Shown: positions 1 through 12,110 of the stretch, in pieces
Layout: every line of letters starts with the position of its first letter
Numbering within the stretch: the first letter of the stretch is position 1
Assembly (NCBI RefSeq): GCF_006345805.1
Contig: NC_042998.1
Location: 181,226,001 to 181,290,000, forward strand
DNA length: 64,000 nt
Direction of reading: 5' to 3'
DNA from: Octopus sinensis
Taxonomy: Eukaryota
Made by a program: the position numbers and the translations under genes
Notes under the pieces: model-generated
Told to the model about the DNA's origin: nothing
Databases searched by the model: none
What the model saw: only the letters and a program-made list of their open reading frames with translations

Positions 1-399
1 GAAGGTAAAACGTCGCAAGTGTGGTTCCGGATATTTAAATTTATTATGTCCTGGTGTAGTTTTAAATATCAGCCTCTCATTGCCTGATTGGATGATGACT
101 GCAACGTCTTTCTTATGAAGGTAGCGTGTGCCAGGTAGGCTGGGTGCCAGCAGAGGAAAGGTTAACGAGGAGTGGGGTAAGTGCAATCTCCACGTGAATA
201 CTGTTTGACGTAATAGCGGGTAGGTCGCTCATGTACGAAGAGTGTGGAATCATAACCAAAGTCAAAGGAAAGTGGATCTGAGATGATACTATCAACTAAC
301 ATCTACTGCAATGAAGCAGCCTTACAGAAAAAATATAATCAAACAAATCAGATAAGCTTCTGAATGTGACATTGTGGGTGGGTAAACACATTTTTTTTA

Positions 400-900
400 G
401 ATGAGAAGAGAGAGTTTCTAACAGCCAAGCCAACACCTAACTCTTTTCTTGGACCCTCCGCTACACATCTAAAGAACGTGCAACCAAATCCACTTTCATT
501 GAGGTGACCATCCCCATGGTGACGTGTTTCAGAGGGAGACATTACATCTAACGCGTAGCTTTTCGGTTCCTGGGTGATCAGCACGGTTCGTCTCTCTGGC
601 CTTTAACTAAAATTGTCACATTCCAATAAGCAAATTTCATAGGGTGTTTAACTTTCTCGTATTGTCAATTGACCACAAGGACAGGATAAATATTAGGACC
701 AGCCTGTGGTGCACTGGGGTACCTGCCGAACCAGACCTGTTCACGAGTCGTTCCCAAGGCCTTATTGTCATTTACGGGTTTTGCTTGTGTATGGTGATGT
801 TATAAATATATGGCCGTCCACCCCACTTCATGAGAGCCAGTGAAGCCTACCCTGTGTGAGATTTATGGAGGGTCATATTTGTATGTTGTACATGGGTAAA
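400..900 (-). mobile_element. RTE-clade LINE 5' fragment (5' UTR plus decayed N-terminus of the APE endonuclease)
   Basis: Minus strand from ATG at 640 reads MKFAYWNVT..., then across a disruption ...ALDVMSPSETRHHGDGHLNESGFGCTFFRC...RKELGVGLAVRNSL, matching RTE/BovB endonuclease motifs (WNV, SETR, GVG.A..N.L). Confidence 0.75.
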
Positions 901-949
901 GAAGGTAAAACGTCACGAGTGTGTTTCCTGATATTTAAATTTAGTATGT

Positions 950-1021
950 CCTGTGTATGTATGTGTATGTATATATGTATGTATATATATATGTGTATAT
1001 ATGTGTGTGTATATATATATA

Positions 1022-1073
<52 letters not shown>

Positions 1074-1234
1074 TATAATACACATATATATACAAGCATA
1101 TATACACATATATATATATATATATATATACATACATATATACATACACATACATATACACACATACACATACATATATATACACACATACACACATATA
1201 TGTATGTATGTATGTATGTATGTATCTATCTATC

Positions 1235-1265
<31 letters not shown>

Positions 1266-1285
1266 TTATGTATGTATGTATATGT
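950..1285. repeat. Compound microsatellite (TG/TA/CA/TATG)n
   Basis: Seen directly; explains the Y/I/M/C/V-rich ORFs at 856-1319. Confidence 0.95.
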
Positions 1286-1690
1286 ACCATGTTCTTTAAG
1301 TAAATTACCATTTGTATGAATATAACGTAAAACTCGTCAATAATTTTGTAATTTACATCTTGCATAAAATGAATTACAGAATTTAATTGAATGTTCATAC
1401 GAGAAGTCTTATAATGTATTGCAAGAAATAACCTTAAAATGTTAATATTTATATATTGCTGTCTTCAACTTATGTTTCAAGAATGAAAATTCTGAGAAAT
1501 AAATTTATTTTTATATCAAGTTAAAATGCAGCTTACATAAAGGTTTAATGAGTTTTAATCCTTTAAAATATTTTTGTTTCGTTGGGTCTCTTTTTTTATT
1601 TGTTTGTTACTTTTTTATTGGCTGTTTTCTTTCATATAGGAAGTATATTTGATTCCAAAGTTAGTCAACATAGAAAGAATGTATTTCTAA

Positions 1691-2028
1691 ATAAAGGTAA
1701 AGACCCCCTTCGGTCATGAATGACCATGGGATTGCACCTAGAAAGTTACCCTCCTAGACACAAGTCCGGGCGAGGTTGTTTATGGAAGGCCAGCAGTCGC
1801 CCATGCATACCAGCCTCTCCTCTCCACGCCACCAGTGTTATCAAAGGGAAAGACAAAGGTCGATACAGCTTGGCACTAGTGACGTCGCAACTCATTTCTA
1901 CAGCTGAGTGAACTGGAGCAACGTGAAATAAAGTGCCTTGCTCGAGAACACAACACGCAGCCCGGTCCGGGATTCGAGCTCACAACCTCATGATCGTAAG
2001 CTCGACGCTCTAACCACTGAGCCATGCG
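1691..2028 (-). mobile_element. tRNA-derived SINE, family C (tRNA-Arg-like head, CORE/V-like body)
   Basis: Reverse complement starts CGCATGGCTCAGTGGTTAGAGCGTCGAGCTTACGATC (A box) then GAGCTCGAATCCC (B box); homologous copies at 13770-14067 and 46938-47127. Confidence 0.85.
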
Positions 2029-2054
2029 AGGGAATTCGGATTAGATTTGTCTTT

Positions 2055-2068
2055 TTTATTTTTTTATT
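2055..2068 (-). promoter_or_regulatory. Two AATAAA hexamers, candidate polyadenylation signals of the minus-strand gene
   Basis: TTTATT at 2055-2060 and 2063-2068, about 270 nt downstream of the TGA at 2340-2342; such hexamers are common by chance in AT-rich DNA. Confidence 0.3.
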
Positions 2069-2339
2069 GGGTGAGGATGATTCTTAAATAGACAACATTG
2101 ATTTGACAATGAGCAGACGACAAGGTGTGGAGTAGAGTCTGGGATCATAGGTAAATGGTTAGCTTTAAAGATGAAAAACAGTCGAGTATTGTTATCAAGG
2201 ATAAAGATGGGAGATAAATATTAGAGCTAAGTCGAGTTGCGTTTTTGAAGTCACCGAAAATTTTATGAGAGGTGTGATAATAAATGACGAGAAACAATTG
2301 TATGACTGCTGTTGGTTAGACGTGTTTCAATTAACTGGT

Positions 2340-2497
2340 TCACTTGAAGCCCGGGAAGTATCGGAAATCATCTGGTACTCTGAACTGAAATAGACCTTCG
2401 CCATAAGGAGAAAACGAACTTTCGTTAGAAACAACATATTTCACCATAGCGGTTCCAGATGAAGGCCAATTGTTTAACATTTTAACATCAATGATAG
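2340..2497 (-). CDS. Candidate terminal coding exon of an unidentified protein (AIIDVKMLNNWPSSGTAMVKYVVSNESSFSPYGEGLFQFRVPDDFRYFPGFK*)
   Basis: Acceptor ttatatactgtag, phase 1, then 51 non-repetitive codons ending TGA; too short for the ORF track; phase-compatible with exon 3489-3557. Confidence 0.55.
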
Positions 2498-2582
2498 CTA
2501 CAGTATATAATCATATTACTAAGAAACTGTGAGATCAACAAATTTATCTTTTCAGATTCAGAGTTGCAATCTGTGAATGTCT

Positions 2583-2796
2583 GTGAGTATTTATTGAGTG
2601 AAAACACCTGAACGATCCACGAGGATGGAAGGAGTGGTGGCAAACCCTGCTGTACTCTTTCACTCTTTCTTCCTGTTGTACCTGTATTTCAAAGAGTCCA
2701 GCCTTGTCACATGAGAAGTATGTTAAGGGTACACTTGTCTGTGGAGTACTCAGCCACTTATACTAACCCTCGTCATCATAACCAACGAAGTGCCAC
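2583..2796 (+). mobile_element. SINE family D, headless and internally deleted fragment
   Basis: Matches 63496-63867 and the reverse complement of 23666-23979 (gtgagtatttattga..., ctgtactctttcac, gtggagtactcagccact). Confidence 0.7.
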
Positions 2797-2942
2797 TTAG
2801 TCATACAAAACTTCTATCCCAGAGATCACTATCAGCCCCTTTCATGTTTCAACTCCACAAATTGGGATAACAAGTGGATTATAAGTGGATAAATCAGTGT
2901 ATTGGCTATAGAATAACCTTCTTTAGCCCTTAATTATAAGAT

Positions 2943-2989
<47 letters not shown>

Positions 2990-2994
<5 letters not shown>

Positions 2995-3182
2995 GAATTT
3001 TTTGCGTAATAAGATAAAAAACCAAGGCTGTATAGATATTAGAGCATTTATAGATAGAAGGTCTTACAGCTGTTTCTAGGATATTAATTAATAATATTCC
3101 TCCATTGGAGACGACTAATACATCTGTTTGTTTTGTACACCACCTGTCTTCGTCTTTTGTTTTTTTTCGTAAACTCTCCCTA
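2990..3182 (-). mobile_element. Short (TA)n-flanked repeat with a degenerate hammerhead motif (Penelope terminal-repeat-like)
   Basis: 3110-3182 matches the reverse complement of 16155-16225 and part of 53760-53810; minus strand 3062-3112 has a stem-II-like GGAATATT...AATATCC followed by GAAACAGCTGTA, but the CUGANGA core is mutated. Confidence 0.5.
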
Positions 3183-3488
3183 TATATATATATACTAATA
3201 ATAATAAAATTATTCCGTATTGTTAGTGAATTAACTTTTTCAAGTTTATGACTGCTGATAGCGCTGCATACATTAATTCTAACTGCAGTTGTAAATTAGT
3301 TCAACTCTTCCTTTTCCTGGCTGTTAATAACAGGTGATAAGACTAACGCTACTACCACGCTAATTCTAAACCTTATTGTGAATAATTTAACCTCTTGAAG
3401 TAGACGGTCGCTCGAAGCACTCAATAGGATTACTAAATATAATTGCTTCAAACACTAAATCCTAAATCCTCTTGTTAGCAATTAATAC

Positions 3489-3557
3489 CTGTTAATAACA
3501 AGTAGGAATACCCAACACCAATGGAATTAAATTTCGAGTTGAAACAAAGGACTGAAT
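3489..3557 (-). CDS. Candidate internal coding exon, 69 bp, phase 1-1 (DSVLCFNSKFNSIGVGYSYLLLT)
   Basis: Acceptor ttcttcattcacag, donor AG|gtatta; only one frame is open and it joins exon 2340-2497 in frame. Confidence 0.5.
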
Positions 3558-5010
3558 CTGTGAATGAAGAATTAAGATTCAAAATTTAAATATAGTCACT
3601 GGAATTTGAGAGATTCTCAGCACATTTCCAAAGCTCTCTTTTATTCTCAAATCAGTTCATTGAAGGCAGAGTTTAGCTCTATAGGATGTTTTGCTTCCCA
3701 AAATATCAAAAAGTCAACTATGAATCAACCGTTATGCATAATAAACATAACTGCAGTCAGTGACATAATTTCTTTCGATGCTTCTTTTTTATTAAATGGT
3801 TACCAATAAATTCATTTTAACTGAAGTAATTCAGTTACCATATTCTAGCTGTTAAACTGGAAATGATTGATTTCGCGTTTCTATAATTATATCAGCACAT
3901 GGCACTTGAGTAATTCAAAACAAATTTCTTTTCACATTATTGATTCATTAGACATATCAAAATTAGAATTAGCATCATATTCACAAACTGATTCTCTTTT
4001 TTTAAAAAATTGACTAAACAATAGTTGATCTAAGCAGATGCAAATAACATGTTATCAAGTAGACACAAATAGCAGGTGCGAAAGGTTTGGTCGGTAAGAA
4101 ACAGCTTACTAGACTACAAAATGTTTATGTAAGCAGACAGCAGAAAGAATATGGAAGCTCGAAAATATTTCGAGAACATCGTTTTGAACCCAAGTACATT
4201 ATATGATTTTGATCTGTAGTATTTGTCATAGTCATACTGGAATTCTTAAAAATTATTTGTAAGATTTGGTCTATTACACTCCTATATCTACTTTGCAATG
4301 GTTAAGTACAATTCATGGAAAATTAATTATCTATTGCCGTCTAGAAATAGATAGATTTGGATTGACTCAAGTAAGAATTGAAAAGTATTGTTAAAAAAAT
4401 AAATAATGTCTCCTCGTTCATGATAATTACTATATGTATGCATCTACATATTTTATTTGCCCGTTAAGTAACTTAGTAAAACTCGAAAGACCGTTGGATT
4501 AGGATAACTGACTAGAATTAAATCGTATTACGTCGAATTTGGATTGTTGCTTTAAGTGAAGAGTATTTAAAATTTATACTTTAACCAATCATTTCGGATG
4601 TTGTATCGATCTGGCATCTTATCGCTCGCTCGATATGCCTATCATTGCTTCTACATCTTTGGGTTATCTACTAGAAATCAGGATTTTATGCAAGAGTCAT
4701 CCAATTAATTATAAAATTTGTTTTTTAAAAAATTTACAAGTTTATGCCAATCATATTCACATTAAATTAGTCTTATCATTCTTTCGTTGCTACATGCATT
4801 ATTTGCTCCTTGGTCGCCATCAATATGGGTTTCAGCAATTTAATTTTAAACCGACTAAAGAAATACTTTCCCCCGTAATTTACGAACAGCGTTTCTAATC
4901 TTTGAAAATAATATGGATTTATTTCATTTATGCAAGGATATATAGTTGTATGGTAAAGGAACGAACAATTACATTATCCTATATTTTTTTTATAAGTATA
5001 TATATATATA

Positions 5011-5186
5011 GGCGCAGGAGTGGCTGTGTGGTAAGTAGCTTGCTAACCAACCACATGGTTCCGGGGTCAGTCCCACTGTGTGGCATCTTGGGCAAGTGTC
5101 TTCTGCTATAGCCCCGGGCCGACCAAAGCCTTGTGGGTGGATTTGGTTGACGGAAACTGAAAGAAGCCTGTCGTATATGTATGTTC

Positions 5187-5222
<36 letters not shown>

Positions 5223-5541
5223 GTATGTATGTGTGTGTGTTTTTGTATGTCTGTGTTTGTTCCCCTAGCATTACTTGACAACCGATGCTGGTGTGTTTAT
5301 GTCCCCGTCACTCAGCGGTTCGGCAAAAGCGACCGATAGAATAAGTACTGGGCTTACAAAGAATAAGTCCCAGGATCGATTTGCTCGACTAAAGGCGGTG
5401 CTCCAGGAAATTTTATGTGAAAGACATGGACTTTTCTCCTGCCCCGATGCTTAATGAACTTTAAAAAACTTATTACACATCAAGGCATTTCTTGGAGGTT
5501 TATTATTATTATGACTGAAACAAGTAAAAGAGAGAAAAGAG
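5011..5541 (+). mobile_element. tRNA-derived SINE family A with a 104-bp foreign insertion at 5407-5510
   Basis: Head GGCGCAGGAGTGGCTGTGTGG (A box), GGTCAGTCCC (B-box-like), internal (TA/TG)n, tail ATGACTGAAACAAGTAAAAGAG; more than 10 homologous copies in the window. Confidence 0.9.
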
Positions 5542-6377
5542 AGTATTTAACTGACTCTGAAGAGTCGAAAGTTATAGTCATCCTTGATGAAATTAAACTC
5601 AAAATAGAAATAAATACTATAGAGCTGTCAGTCAAATACTCTAACACTTGTGCCTCTTCCGTCCCCCTTTACTCAAGTTTAGAAAATATATATTAAAATC
5701 AAAGGCACCGCTTGATCTCAGTGTTAGCAAAATTTCCAACACAATATGGCATTTAAATCTCTTGGGTAAACGTTGCTGCTTCTGCTTTAATATCCCGCTA
5801 TTGTCAACAGTTTTCATGTTGATTCGATAAACTATTATATACTACTCTGACAAAATAAATTTTATTTGGGCAGAGTAATACCGTTGTATAACGTTTGAGA
5901 TTTATTATGACCGTTGTTGCGTTGCATCAGATCTGATACAGACGTCAATTGATTACAAAAGAATGGTTTCAAGTCTTTTTATGTTTGTTTATTATTTTTT
6001 ATTATTATTTGACTATAATTGTTACGCAAGACCGATTATATGTCATTTGCCCGTATTTCAAACGTATCATTATTAACCGAAAGAGTGATGAATTCTTCCC
6101 AAAGGAAAGTTGTATTACATATATATGCTTGTATCAAGTCGTTCAAAAGACGATTAATATCTTGTGTAATAGATTTTAGAAGCTAATTACTTAAAACAAC
6201 AGCTAAATATTTGTATCAGGAATATTTGCTTTGTGGGTTTCCCAAAAGATACGAAAAGAACCTAAAACGAATAAGTTTTAATGGCAAAACAAATAATGCG
6301 TACCAGTAAACATACCGGAGTTCAGTTCTATAACGTAACATTCTGCCTATGTAAGTTATATTAAATTCATTTATATA

Positions 6378-6790
6378 GGCGCAGGAGTGGCTGCGTGGTA
6401 AGAAGGTTACTTACGAACCACATGGTTCCGAGTTCAGTCCCACTGCGTGACACCTTGGGCAAGTGTCTTCTACTATAGCTTCGGGCCGACCAAAGCCTTG
6501 TGAGTGGATTTGATAGACGGAAACTAAAGGAAGCCCGTCGTATATATGTATATATACATTTATGCGTGTGTATATGTTTGTGTGTCTGTGTTTGTCCCCC
6601 CAACATCACTTGACAACCGATGCTGGTGTGTTTACTTCCCCGTCACTTAGCGGTTCGGCAAAAGAGACCGATAGAATAAGTACTAGGCTTACAAAGAGTA
6701 AGTCCTGGGGTCGATTTGCTCGACTAAAGGCAGTGCTCCAGCATGGTCGCAGTCAAATGACTGAAACAAGTGAAAGAGTAAGAGTAAGAG
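6378..6790 (+). mobile_element. SINE family A, full length
   Basis: Same head, body and AAGAGT tail as the other family A copies. Confidence 0.92.
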
Positions 6791-7671
6791 TATAATGAGT
6801 TATAATTTTATCAAGAACTGTGTAATATATTTCTCTCTAAGTTACAATCATGCCAGAGTCGGTATCTTTCCCCCTGTTCCATCAATACAGATAATTATAT
6901 GCTGGATTTGATCTCTATAAAATTCAAATACCATCTAGATTCTGACACTATTACAAATACATATAGAAACATACTAAACTGCCTTCTAAAGAACCCAACC
7001 AAATGATTGGCATGGATTTCCGTCAGCAACATGCTAGTCACTGATTCACTTCCCCCATCCACCAATATTACATTGATTCTAAAATAGTTCCTGGATGTTG
7101 CTTACCTCTTCTTCTCGAAGCTATACAACATTGCTGTATCTCCTCCTCTTGTCATCATCGCTGCTTCAATTCCAGATTCTAGTTTTCGACATTTTACCCA
7201 TTATTTTACTTCAAGACGTTTTTTTTCTTCTTTTACGCTGACATCAAAGCTGCAGATGTTGAAACTGAACAACAAAAATTGTCGTGAGGAAATTTCATGT
7301 GAAAGTCATGGACTTTTCCCCTGCCCCGATGCTTAATGAACTTTAGAAAACTTATTATTACACATAGTTGTCCCGGATGAACCAACTTCACGGCAGGAGG
7401 TACAGATGAGGGCAGCTGCATCAAACTCTCTCATGCACCAAATGTCAATTGCTAAAAAGCAGAATCGTTACATTTTCTCCTTCAGTTACAGCTTTAGGGT
7501 GGTGATTATACCACTTGTCAGCAGTTTTGATATTGTAATGCCGACTTATTAGCCAATTATTATTATTATTATTATTATTATTATCATCATCATCATCATC
7601 ATCATCATCATTATTATAATTATTATTGTTGTTGTTGTTGTTGTTGTTATTATTATTATTATTATTATTAT

Positions 7672-8225
7672 TGAGTGATAGAGCAGTGCATGTCATCAAA
7701 GTGACATTGGGGTAAAATATACGAAGCCCAGTAGACCCATCATGACTACCCGTCTGATAAGGGTACACTAGGCACATGCATCACAACCGTATGTGCACGA
7801 CATGGTGATCTCATATCAAGATAAACAGCGCATGACCCTGCAGGTGGGGCCCAGTTAGAATTTTCTTCTGGTCGAGTAGCCCATCCCGCTCAAAAGCTCC
7901 CTGAATGAGGTTTGTTTAAGGATGTTGAACGAAACACCCATGTTTCCAGAGGTGAATTATACAAACCCCAAAGAATCCCTCTCAACACACGGCTATGATG
8001 TTTCTCCACTACTTCTGCTCGTGATCAGAGATGCACATATCGTCATCCACTAAGGGTCATGCTCAACTGGTTAAGGTCAACCAACTGACAAGCAAATCTG
8101 TGGTTTGAGCAGAATATTTGCTGTAGCCCATATTTTATATCAAGACAAAACAATGTACATGATAACACTTCCAATCAGTTAAGATGAGAAGCCACGAGAG
8201 CCACTGCCTGGTACTGCATCAAGGC
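7672..8225 (-). mobile_element. Interspersed repeat family E (SINE-like, AAT-type trinucleotide tail)
   Basis: 7895-8225 is the reverse complement of 40899-41230; trinucleotide tail at 7555-7671; no clear tRNA head. Confidence 0.8.
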
Positions 8226-8244
8226 ATTTATTGGAGGTTTATTA

Positions 8245-8303
8245 TGATTATATTATATTATTATTATTATTATGTATTATTAGTTATTATTATATATTAT
8301 CAT

Positions 8304-8343
<40 letters not shown>

Positions 8344-8385
8344 GATTAGTTATTATTATATTATTATTATTATTATTATTCTGCC
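8245..8385. repeat. (TTA)n microsatellite
   Basis: Seen directly. Confidence 0.95.
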
Positions 8386-8584
8386 ATGATAGGATTACTT
8401 TTGATCATAGACCTGCTTAATTACAGCTAACATGATAAACAATAGCAAACAAGAGAAACAATAATTTTAACTTTCATCTCTGTGGGAGGTCAATAAGATT
8501 AGTGACAATCTTCTGCACACGCAGCCCACCTTGCGAGGTATGGCCCCGTTGCAAAGTAAGAAGCCATTGCATTAGCAACAGTGA

Positions 8585-8726
8585 CATAGTAGCAGCAGCA
8601 GCGGTAGTAGTAGTAGTAGTAGTAGTAGTAGAGTAGTAGTAGTAGTAGCCACAGCAGCAATTGAAGCCGCAGCACCAGCAGTTGTAGTAGTGGTAGTAGC
8701 CACAGCAGCAGCAGCAGTAGTAGTAA

Positions 8727-8770
<44 letters not shown>

Positions 8771-8847
8771 CTAGTCTTAATAGTAGTAGTGGTGGTAGTA
8801 GTAGTAGTAGTAATAGTAGTAGTAGTTGTAGTAGTTGTTGTAGTAGA

Positions 8848-8889
<42 letters not shown>

Positions 8890-8890
8890 C
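8585..8890. repeat. (TAG/CAG)n trinucleotide tract
   Basis: Seen directly; source of the poly-T/L/V/S ORFs. Confidence 0.95.
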
Positions 8891-9722
8891 ATCACTGTTT
8901 TGTGCTATATATTTAGCATCTTTCATATGATCAACAATAAAGAAAAAAAAAACACTTCTCGTGTCATATAGCAGCCAAAATATATGCATTTCGTACGTAT
9001 TTTGCGTTTTCTTAAATACAATTGACATATTGCAGCAAAGAGCCAAATAAATATATGAATAAAGAAATGAAGAAATACAAAAGTAGAAAAACGTCACTGG
9101 TTTTGGATGGTAGTTAGTATCTATATAAAGATATCGTACATTGAATAGCATGAAGGAAGATATTTATAACGTCTCTTTCGTGCTAAATCGTGTTTACAGT
9201 TAAATTCTCATTTCATGAATTTGATATAATCGATAAAAAGAAGAAAAAAAAGTAGGTAGTCGTCATTGTCGTTTCTGGTGTCGTAATTGTCGCTGTCGTT
9301 GTCATTTTTGCTGCTGCTGCTGCGCTGCTGTTGCTTTTGTTGTTTTTGTTGTTGTTGTTGTCTTTGTTGATGTTGTTGTTTAACTCCAGGTCAGCTCAGG
9401 GAGGAAAGCTACAATCGAAAGCATTATAGTCACGCCCATTTCGTCTATTCAGACATCTTTTATTATCAGACCACATTTCCTCAACATGCCATTTTATGAA
9501 GTAAACGTGTGATTTGAGATTTGGTTGCTACTTCTCGGAACCCAGATGACTTTGTAGAGATTCCATTATTTCTTCATTTTCGTTGCTTGTGTTCTTTGAT
9601 TTAGACGTTGTGTGCTCTCCACTGTGGTATGTAGCACAACCAACAGGTTCAGTCATAAGCATGGAACCGACGTGTTAAAGCCCGCAGTACATATTTAGTT
9701 GGTTATTGTATAAATACAGTAT

Positions 9723-10110
9723 AGCAGGAGTGGCTGTGTGGTAAGTAACTTGCTTACCAACCACATTTGTTCCGGGTTCAGTCCCACTGCGTGGCATCTT
9801 GGGCAAGTGTCTTCTACTATTGCCTCGGGCTGACCAAAGCCTTGTGAGTGGATTTGGTAGACGGAAACTGAAAGAAGCCTGTCAAATATATGTGTGTGTG
9901 TGTGTCTGTGTTTGTCCCCCTAGCATTGCTTGACAACCGATGCTGGTGTGTTTATGTCCTCCGTAACTTAGCGGTTCGGCAAAAGAGACCGATTGAATAA
10001 GTACCAGGCTTACAAAGAATAAGTCCTGGGGTCGATTTGCTCGACTAAAGGCGGTGCTCCAGCATGGCCGCAGTCAAATGACTGAAACAAGTAAAAGAAT
10101 AAAAGAGAGA
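9723..10110 (+). mobile_element. SINE family A, full length
   Basis: Homology to 6378-6790 along its whole length. Confidence 0.92.
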
Positions 10111-10149
10111 GGGTAGTAGTAGCCTGTATATGTATTTTTCTTCAGTTTG

Positions 10150-11380
10150 CTTGATTTTTATGAATGTAACTTCAGGTGTGCTGTTGTACACCTCACAATA
10201 TATTAGGGACTAGTGAGTTTTTACTGCAGTCATGGTTGCGATTTTTGAGTGGAGGATCATTGCTCTTAGGTCTATGTTGTAATGGTTCTCTAAATTGTTT
10301 GCATATATGTCTGCAGTTGAAGGAGAGACAGGTGCCATTTTGATTAGAGCTAGTCTGTGCTGATTTTGGGTGTATTCTTTCATAATTCATGAATAGGCGC
10401 AGGAGTGGTTGTGTGGTAAGTAGCTTGCTTACCAGCCACATGGTTCTAGGTTCATTCCGACAGCGTGGCACTTTGGGCAAGTGTCTTCTACTATAGCCCG
10501 TCGTATATATGTATATATATATATATGTGTGTGTGTGTGCGTGTGTGTGTATGTGCGTGTCTATGTTTGCTTGTCTGTGTTTGTCCCCACAGCAACATCG
10601 CTTGACAACCAATGTTGGTGTGTTTACGTCCCCGTCACTTAGCGGTTCAGCAAAAGAGACGATAGAATAAGTACTAGGCTTCCAAAGAATAAGTCCTGGG
10701 GTCGATTTGCTCGACTAAAGGCGGTGCTCCAGCATGGCCGCAGTCATATGACTGAAAGAAGTAAAAGAGTAAATGAGTATTCGATAGCGTGGTTTTTATG
10801 CGGCCTATTACGATGTGAAGTGAGTTATTTTGCTTTGTAGTTTGTGTTGGTTTTTGAGAAACTATTGTGAACCCACACAGGACTGACGTAATCTGCAATG
10901 GATTAAATATATTGTTTTGAATCAAACTTGATAGCGAGAAGTGAGCCTAGATTGTTTGAGCACTTTTTATGTCTTAGATTGTCTTTCGAACAGCGACTAT
11001 TATAGAGGTGTTGAGGATATTTTATGATAGAATTTTCTTTTGTATGTATGTGAATTTTGGGAATTGTGTGGTCGTTTAATGTCATCTTTAACCATGTGAG
11101 AGTTTGAATGTCGTTTGTGATAGCTTTACGCTCGCTGGGTGATTGATTTTACGTTTATCATTAGTTCAGGCTTCTTTTCTCAAAAATACTTAGACATATT
11201 GTACATTCTGTGTTGTGGTTGCAGAGTTATATGAATATGAAGCAAGTGATTAAACTTCGTGAAGCTTTAATAAGCTATTAAGAGTTCTTTTGCAGTATAC
11301 TCAACTTTTGGGAGTTGTGTGATTATAGTCAGCATCTCTGTCGTTGCTTTTGAATTCTGTGTTTTCTGTGGCTTGGTTTT
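10150..11380 (-). mobile_element. Highly decayed retroelement relic (possibly Penelope-like), interrupted by a SINE
   Basis: A-rich minus strand; near 10290-10350 it reads MAPVSPSTADIYANNLENHY, resembling the RT motif MGSPxSPxxADIYMxxLE; the rest cannot be aligned by eye. Confidence 0.3.
10396..10780 (+). mobile_element. SINE family A with an internal deletion
   Basis: Family A head and tail; lacks the gaccaaagccttgtgagtgg segment. Confidence 0.9.
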
Positions 11381-12110
11381 GTGAAGGATCATGGTTTAGT
11401 GGTTAGTGTATTCGGCTTACAATCATTGTGACTTCAATACCCTGCAGAACGCCGTGTCCTTGAGCAAGACACTTTATTGCATGTTTCTCCACTTCCTCCA
11501 CATTTTTCCAGCTGACAAAAAATGAGTAGGGCCTGTATTTTGTGCTGCACTGAATCTCCCTTAGAAATACGTTAACGGTACTTGTGCCTGTGATGAGCTG
11601 GCAGAATCGTTAGCACGCCTGGCGAAATCCTTAGCTGTATTTCGTCTGCCGCTATGTTCCGAGTTCAAATTCCGCCGAGGTCGACTGTGCCTTTCATCCT
11701 TTCGGGGTCGATTAAATATGTACCAGTTACGCACAGGGGTCGATATAATCGACTTAATCCGTTTGTCTGTCCTTGTTTGTCCTTTCTGTATTTATCCCCT
11801 TGTGGGTAGTAAAGAAATAGAAATAGGTATTTCGTCTGCCGCTACGTTCTGAGTTCAAATTCCGCCGAGGTCGACTTTGTCTTTCATCCTTTCGGGATCG
11901 ATTAAATAAGTACCAGTTACGCACTGGGGTCAATATAATCGACTTAATCCGTTTGTCTGTCCTTGTTTGTCCCTTCTGTGTTTATCCCCTTGTGCGTAGT
12001 AAAGAAATAGGTACTTGTGCCTGTGGAGTACTCAGCCATTTGCGCGATAAAGGGTGTTTTATTGATCGGATCAATTGGAACCCTCATCGTTGTAACTGAC
12101 AGATTGCCAG
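11381..12110 (+). mobile_element. Older tRNA-headed SINE (family C/D-like) split by a family B insertion
   Basis: Head GTGAAGGATCATGGTTTAGTGG, body ccttgagcaagacacttt; resumes after 12010 with gtggagtactcagcc...ggaaccctcatcg. Confidence 0.65.
11593..12009 (+). mobile_element. SINE family B dimer (near-full monomer plus headless second monomer) with a 16-bp TSD
   Basis: GGTACTTGTGCCTGTG at 11577-11592 and 12010-12025; B box GAGTTCAAATTCC in both monomers. Confidence 0.9.

Noticed and set aside
2558-2590. Apparent 27-bp microexon with a gtgagt donor
   Set aside because: The donor is the start of a family D SINE fragment, so the signal is explained by the repeat.
11593-12009. Repeated similar blocks suggesting a CRISPR-like array
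   Set aside because: The repeats are long SINE monomers without unique constant-length spacers, and the context is eukaryotic with no cas genes.
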